In this document: positions 55,340 through 64,000 of the stretch, piece by piece
How positions within the stretch are numbered: position 1 is the first letter of the stretch
How the letters are laid out: each line of letters opens with the position of its first letter
NCBI GenBank assembly: GCA_038496445.1
Contig: JALMLS010000562.1
Span: 203,303 to 267,302 of the forward strand
Reading direction: 5' to 3'
DNA: 64,000 nt
Origin: Trichosphaerium sp. ATCC 40318
Lineage: Eukaryota > Protista > Tubulinea
Made by a program: the position numbers and the translations under genes
Notes under the pieces: generated by a model
Databases searched by the model: none
What the model was told of the DNA's origin: nothing
Seen by the model: the letters and a program-made list of their open reading frames with translations, nothing else

Positions 55340-55635
55340 TGCTATCAGTAATACGTGTCGTTCAAAAAAAAAAATGTACTAATCCCTGGGTTTTTTGTAA
55401 TTGTAGCAAACCCAGACACGCACAACTACCTTGATATGCTATTTACAACGTGACAAGCAAGTTCTAGTGCCTTAATACGCCTTTTGTTTTAAGCAACGCC
55501 ACCAGAGATTTTTGGTTTTTTTTTTCAGCCAAAAAAAAAAAAAAAAAAAAACAAACCCTTCCTTGAGCCTAAAAAGCTACCTCATAACTACTACGCAACC
55601 CACCTTCAACCTCCCTATTGACTTTCATCCAAAAC

Positions 55636-56959
55636 ATGGCAACTGAGACTTTAAGCCCTTCAAACTCTCCTTCACTCGCTCACAACGTCCCTCCAATCGG
55701 ACATAACAGTCCTGTTCTTATCGGTGGTTCAGGCAATGATCAAAGTAACACAGCCTCAGAAACAGCAGATAATAAGGCCAACGAACTACAAACGAAACAC
55801 CCCCTACAACACTCCTGGACTTTGTGGTACGACGGACCAGGAAAGCCAAAAGGCGGAGACTGGTTGGACAGCGTACATAAGGTGATGACGTTTGATACGG
55901 TACGCATGCGTTTTTGAGCAGGTTTTTAGCCTTCAACAGCGATGTGTGAAGTAGAGTAGCGCGTTCCCAACAAAAACCGAAACGCGCTTACCTGCAGCGC
56001 CCATTTCTGCTATTTTCATCCATTTTGCAACGCAAGAGCTGTTCGCTCTTTTTTTTTTTTTTGTTTCATTTTTTGAACACTTTAATTTTTCTCTTACACA
56101 TTCGTTGTAGGTTGAAGACTTCTGGAGGCACGTAACTAGGCGCTTTTATTTTTTTTTTTGGTTTTTATGTTGGTCTTGTGGTTTTTCTCTTAATTTACTG
56201 CTCTTATTTTTAAAAGTCATCATAAGTGTTGTAATTCCATCTTCTCACAGTCTCGCTATAGAATATGGAATAACATACGGCCTGCCAGCAAACTCGAACG
56301 TAAATCGACTTATCACTTGTTTAAAGAAGGCGTCAAGCCTATGTGGGAAGACCCTACTAATGAAAAGGTTCGTTTGAGTAAAAAAGGGAATGGTAGAATC
56401 TAAAGAGGACAGGGAATTCTTATTACATTTGAAAACAAATCGCGTATAAAATCACGCTGTTACTAATTTTACATTTCTCTCAGGTTTTTTATGCTTTTTT
56501 TTTCGTTGGTTGACTTATTTTTTTCATAGGGCGGTAAGTGGGTCATCACCAACCCAGAAAAGCAACGACATGATAGCTTGAACCAAGTATGGCTTTGGGT
56601 GGTACGTTGTTCGTTTTTTTTTTGTTCGTATACCCTTATTTATTGGTTTTTTATGTAGCTGTTGTCTGTCATTGGTGAAGCCTTTGAGAGCGATGAAATT
56701 TGTGGTTGCGTTTGCAGTGTTCGCCCATCTGCTGATAGGATCGCACTTTGGACCAAAAACGCTGACAGAGAAGATGAACAGAAAGCCATTGGGTACAATG
56801 AAAAAAATGCTGTGGGCTTGACTACATACTAATTCTTTTGCTAGCCGTAAATTAAAAGAAATAGTAGATAGAACCAACATCGAGATTGGTTACACTGAAC
56901 ATTCCAACTCTTTGAAACGTAATACCAGTTTCAACCGTAAAAATCTCTACACTGTGTAA
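55636..56959 (+). CDS. EIF4E: Translation initiation factor 4E
   Basis: HPLQHSWTLWYD, TVEDFW, FKEGVKPMWED, GGKW, IGEAF, DRIALWTK. Confidence 0.97.
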
Positions 56960-57607
56960 ATTAGGTAACGCTAAAAACTCAAACTAGTTTTTATTTGTGG
57001 TAATTTCTTTGCTGTCACCCATTTGGCATTGATACCAACAATTTTGTTAGGAGTACAAATGGAAACTAACCCAGGGTTGATGCTATTCAAGTTACCTCGA
57101 GCAAGTTTTTTTTTAATGTATTTGCAACAATCCGAACATGTAATAAATAGTTTGCCATTCCAACTTACCTTTTTGACAGCCAAAAAACATTCTGCTAATT
57201 TGATACACGCGGTGCTAGACAACAAATGGAGGTGTGGGGTTTTTTTTTTTGCGTACAAAACATGGATGGACGCATTTTATTAACGTGTCATGACTCATGT
57301 TTCACAGAATTAGTTTTGGCACACGAATTCTCATTTTATTTTTTTGTATCACATTAATTAGGTCCAAATGGTCATTCGGAGTCTCCGTCCGCTCAACATT
57401 ATCTTGTAACTTTGTGCGTCGCGTTGTGGCAACGCCAATAAGTGTACGAATAGTTTTGATGGTAAATGTACGCAACATAAAAAAAAGATAGAAACAAATA
57501 GCTTCATTTGTTCTCTAAGCGCACTATAGTAGGTCCAGTGATAACAAGGGCTCTAGTTTTTGCAACAACCCAAGCTAAAGGCGCAAATACCAAAAATAAA
57601 ATAAAAA

Positions 57608-60389
<2,782 letters not shown>

Positions 60390-60628
60390 CAAAAAAAAAC
60401 TAAAACGACGTATGTGTAAATATCAGCAAAAAAAAATACCCAATATCATAATAAAAATTGGACATGTAAAAAAAAAAAAATGCGTATGGATTTGCTCCAT
60501 GCATTTCTTTTTGTTTTTAATTTGATGTATACATTTTCTTTTCTTTTTATTTTCCTTTTGTACAAATATTAGAGAAGTACTACCAGGCCTTCACATAGCT
60601 ATTTTACATGTTGTACCATTTTATAAAG

Positions 60629-61918
60629 TTACAGTAAGGTGCAACATGGGAATACATCAAATGGACGTGGACCTGGATGTGGTACTCCAGCTAAATTATT
60701 CCGTAAGCTGGTTGGTGTATTGTGAAAAAAAAAACCAAAAAAATGCTTTTGGTTGAAAAAAAAAATAAAAGAAGCGTCCACGTGCTAGGTAACGTACACA
60801 ACGGTTCATTTTTGTCTATCATGTCTAACAGCGTGAAGTATACAGTATTGAATTCCTAAGGATACTTTTAGTTCCGTATCTTGGTGCTCGAATTTCGTGA
60901 TGGTGAAGAACAAAAAGGAATATTACAAGTGATTCTACGCGCCTCCAGTCCCATACGGTTAATGGTGGCCTTCTCTAGCTCAAATTGATCCATGACCTTT
61001 AGTAATAGCTCTTCAGATATACCCAACACAGTTGCGAACTGAGTGAAGCGGGTGTAACTCAGTTCATTTGTGTTGGGGTTCTTCACTAATGTAAAGATTT
61101 GATTTTTGTACATGAAACTAAACGAACGGTTATGTGGCTGCAAGCACGAATTTAAACGGATGTTAATTTAAATCATCAGTAGCATAGAGGCACTACTTGT
61201 TTCTGTTTTCCAAAACGGAAAAGAAAACAAAAAAAAAAAAGGACGTACAAGAATTTGGTGCATTGCTTGCACTCTATGGCAGCGTAAAGTGCCACTAGCA
61301 GGTGAAAATCGTCAAATGTTATATTGCCGCCGTCGTGTCGATCTGTTTTTTTTTGTTTGTTAGGTGCGACGCGTAAGGTAGAAACAATGAGGATTACTGT
61401 TTAAAAAGCGACACGAGGAGCAAAAAGAAAAATGAGAATAACACGTTGCGCTTTTTACGATTGCACAATGTAGACTACCCCTAGCAATCGCGTTGCAAAT
61501 TGGTTTTGGTTTCCTCCGTTTGTTTTGTGTCAAAAAAAGATTCTCGTACCAAAAATATCGAGCACTTCGAGTATTTGGTTGTAGGAAAACGTGGTGAGCT
61601 TGCTTAGAAACTTAACGAACGCCCCCTATTTTTGTTTTTAGCCGCACAGGTGCCGTACATGACGTGACAGTGCTACCGTTGGCACCGCTGATAGCGTACC
61701 TCGTGAAACAGATTCGTCATTGTATCGGTATGCTCTATGTACCATTTTTTAATGTTATTAGCGCCTTTCTCCTTGTGCGCTTCATCGTAGAGGGTTACCT
61801 CCGATTTCCTGGGCGTAACAGCTGTTGTGTCGTTTCTTTTACGCGTAGGCGATGTTGCGTAGCGTAGCGACGCGTGCCTGATAACGTTTTGCAGACACTC
61901 TTTGTTTATTTTGTTCAT
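60629..61918 (-). CDS. EF-hand protein, EFCAB9-like, ending in a CaaX box
   Basis: FVKFLSKLTTFSYNQILEVLDIFDRHDGGNITFDDFHLLVALYAA...FLFMYKNQIF; last exon ...FPCCTLL*. Confidence 0.7.
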
Positions 61919-61929
61919 CGTATGCTATT

Positions 61930-63493
61930 CGTAGCGCAGGTAGCGCGTATCATTAGATACTGTATTTAGCGAAATCCAAAGCAGCTTAAAGACTGCGAGT
62001 GACTGTGCTTCATTGGTTTTGAACTAAAACCAAAATAAATGTCGGGCACACAGAATGTTATTGTAAAGGTCAATACAGCAACATACAACCTCACTCTAAC
62101 AGCCCTAAAGTATGATAGTATTGATAGGGTTAGGGTTATAATGAAAACAAGCCCTCTAACTGAGTGGAAATATGGCTTCAAGCACCCCATGAAAATATGA
62201 AATATGTTTCTAGCTCTTAAATGGCTGTTGCAAGCCAAATATGGCATCAAAATTATCATAGGTATCCTTCATAATGAGATAGCGTTTTTGGCGGCATTTT
62301 TACCGCTTTTCAGCACTTTTTAGTGGCAAAATCATGTTGGCCTAAGGATTGCTTACACAACAGCATTATAAAATCACCTATAACACCCCACAAAGCTTTT
62401 TTGTATGTGCTTATAATCTGACTACATGATGCAAGCAACGATTTGGTCATAGATGGTCATGGCTTTCGGTGATTCGAATGCGCATTCATTGCTTATTTTT
62501 AAGCAACTTCTTTTTGCATGAGGGCCCCCCTTGCCATATTGTCTCATGATTGCAAAACTGTGTTTTTAGTCACCAAATTTGCCATAGATTATGAATATGC
62601 AATCAAAATGGTGGGGCAGCATATATGCAATCCGAAATTTGCGAAATACATAAAGTCAGAGCCATTTTTGGGTTTTTCAGTCGCTCGCGACCATACACCA
62701 TGTGATTGTTTATCCTATATGGCATAGTTGTTATACATGCCTCATATAGTTGTATTTGGATAGCAACATGGTAAATGTAAATATTACCTACATGCCATTT
62801 TAGTTTTCCGTCATTTTTTGCCCAAAATGTTGCTTTGCACTTTGGATCGCGTATGGTGTATGGCGGCCATCTCAGAGTTGCGAAACTTGGTTTTCAATAA
62901 ATTGATGTTTGTGCCATCATGAGGATACCAAACATATTTCATTCGGTGAATGAGATGGTGCTGCCCACATAAATACTTTTTATCAAAAATGTGTAAAAAA
63001 TTCATTTTTTTTGCTCTGTTCACCAATGCCCCCAGCTCCCTCCGCTGTACCAGTATCCCATTATATATGTACTTCATGGTTATAAAGCCATATTTACATG
63101 GTGATAAAAACTAGAGTGTGATTCAGCATAGTGATAGTAAATAAATATTTTTTGCCAATTTATGCCTACCCATTAGGGTTGCCTTGATTATGTGCCATGT
63201 ATATCACCATATATGTAGCACCTGATGTATATTATGTTAATATATCTTGTTTTACTATGTATGAAGTATGAGCCATTTATATTGCCTTGGTGTATAGTTA
63301 TGAGGTGTTTTTGTGAAGGTTGTAATTTTTTTTCATAAAGTGTTTATTTTCGCTTAATGAACAAGACTTACCTTTTTGGTAGTTGGTTCACTGAATGAGA
63401 ATCAGCGAACAATAGGGTTAAACCCCTAAGCCCTAGTGTACAAAACCCTAATTCACTGATACAAGGGTTTTCACCGAACATTAGGGTTTGTGA
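61930..63493. other. Subtelomeric region: gene-free, scattered telomere-like motifs, GCCAT/ATGGC-rich
   Basis: No credible spliced ORF; TAGGGTTAGGG near 62125; TAGGGTT/AACCCTA motifs at 63412-63490. Confidence 0.75.
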
Positions 63494-63611
63494 TTTAGGT
63501 TTAGGGTTAGGGTTTAGGGTTAGGGTTTAGGGTTAGGGTTTAGGGTTTAGGGTTAGGGTTTAGGTTAGGGTTTAGGGTTTAGGGTTAGGGTTAGGTTAGG
63601 GTAGGGTAGGG

Positions 63612-63650
<39 letters not shown>
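63494..63650 (+). repeat. Telomeric array of mixed TTAGGG/TTTAGGG units
   Basis: Directly visible; G-rich strand runs 5'->3' towards the right, as expected for a right chromosome end. Confidence 0.95.
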
Positions 63651-64000
63651 TGTTTGACTTTTTTTTTTTTTTTTTTTGTGGCTGATAAAAAAAAAAACCC
63701 AAAATCTGTGGTGGCGTTGCTTAAAACAAAAGCGTATTAAGGCACTAGAACTTGCTTGTCACGTTGTAAATAGCATATCAAGGTAGTTGTGCGTGTCTGG
63801 TGTTTGGCTACAATTACAAAAAACCCAGTGATTAGTACATTTTTTTTTTTGAACGACACGTATTACTGATAGCAATGCGATTCGGTGTTGTATCGCTATT
63901 TTGTATACATTGCTTCTTGGTGTAGTTCTTTGTGCCGTGGAAGAAGCCATCGATGTTTCAATTATCATTCCGTTGTCAATGGATGTTCCCGCTGTTGTAT
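63645..64000 (-). repeat. Inverted copy of 55213-55559 (glycosyltransferase 5' end and upstream region)
   Basis: Reverse complement matches 55213-55559 with several indels and substitutions. Confidence 0.95.

Noticed and set aside
61966-63077. Subtelomeric ORFs of 69-97 aa
   Set aside because: No motifs or splice structure; consistent with chance
63759-63968. ORF duplicating 55252-55434
   Set aside because: Antisense shadow within the inverted copy, not a gene

Overview
Gene-dense, intron-rich eukaryotic DNA read in the standard genetic code, most likely from a free-living protist. Short (~30-60 nt) GT-AG introns with GTACG/GTGCG donors and the gene content suggest Amoebozoa, which is an inference. 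About 30 spliced genes fill 1-61.9 kb with intergenic gaps of 50-250 bp. They include V-ATPase D, an RNase II/RNB enzyme, RPS9, a BNR sialidase-like protein, a PT-repeat mucin, PEX3, PA2G4, an Sds3-like protein, RPT2, an SLC26 transporter, G-alpha, DnaJ, RWDD1, RPL26, SIVA-like, NSUN2, ARGLU1, NUDT8-like, GPN1, FGGY, nibrin, a GT2-GT4 fusion, eIF4E, an RBD-PH-ArfGAP and an EFCAB9-like protein. A ~1.5 kb gene-free subtelomere follows, then a mixed TTAGGG/TTTAGGG telomeric array (~63494-63650), then an inverted copy of 55213-55559 joined at a microhomology (probably a fold-back chimera). The most interesting items are: a protein with five ~65-aa repeats fused to a PD-(D/E)XK/RAP-like nuclease domain; an ankyrin protein with a degenerate HNH domain; a CaaX-ended EFCAB9-like protein; several candidate ncRNAs; and recurrent GC-AG introns. 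Gene models were spliced by eye and family calls come from recalled motifs, so boundaries are approximate and no database searches were run.
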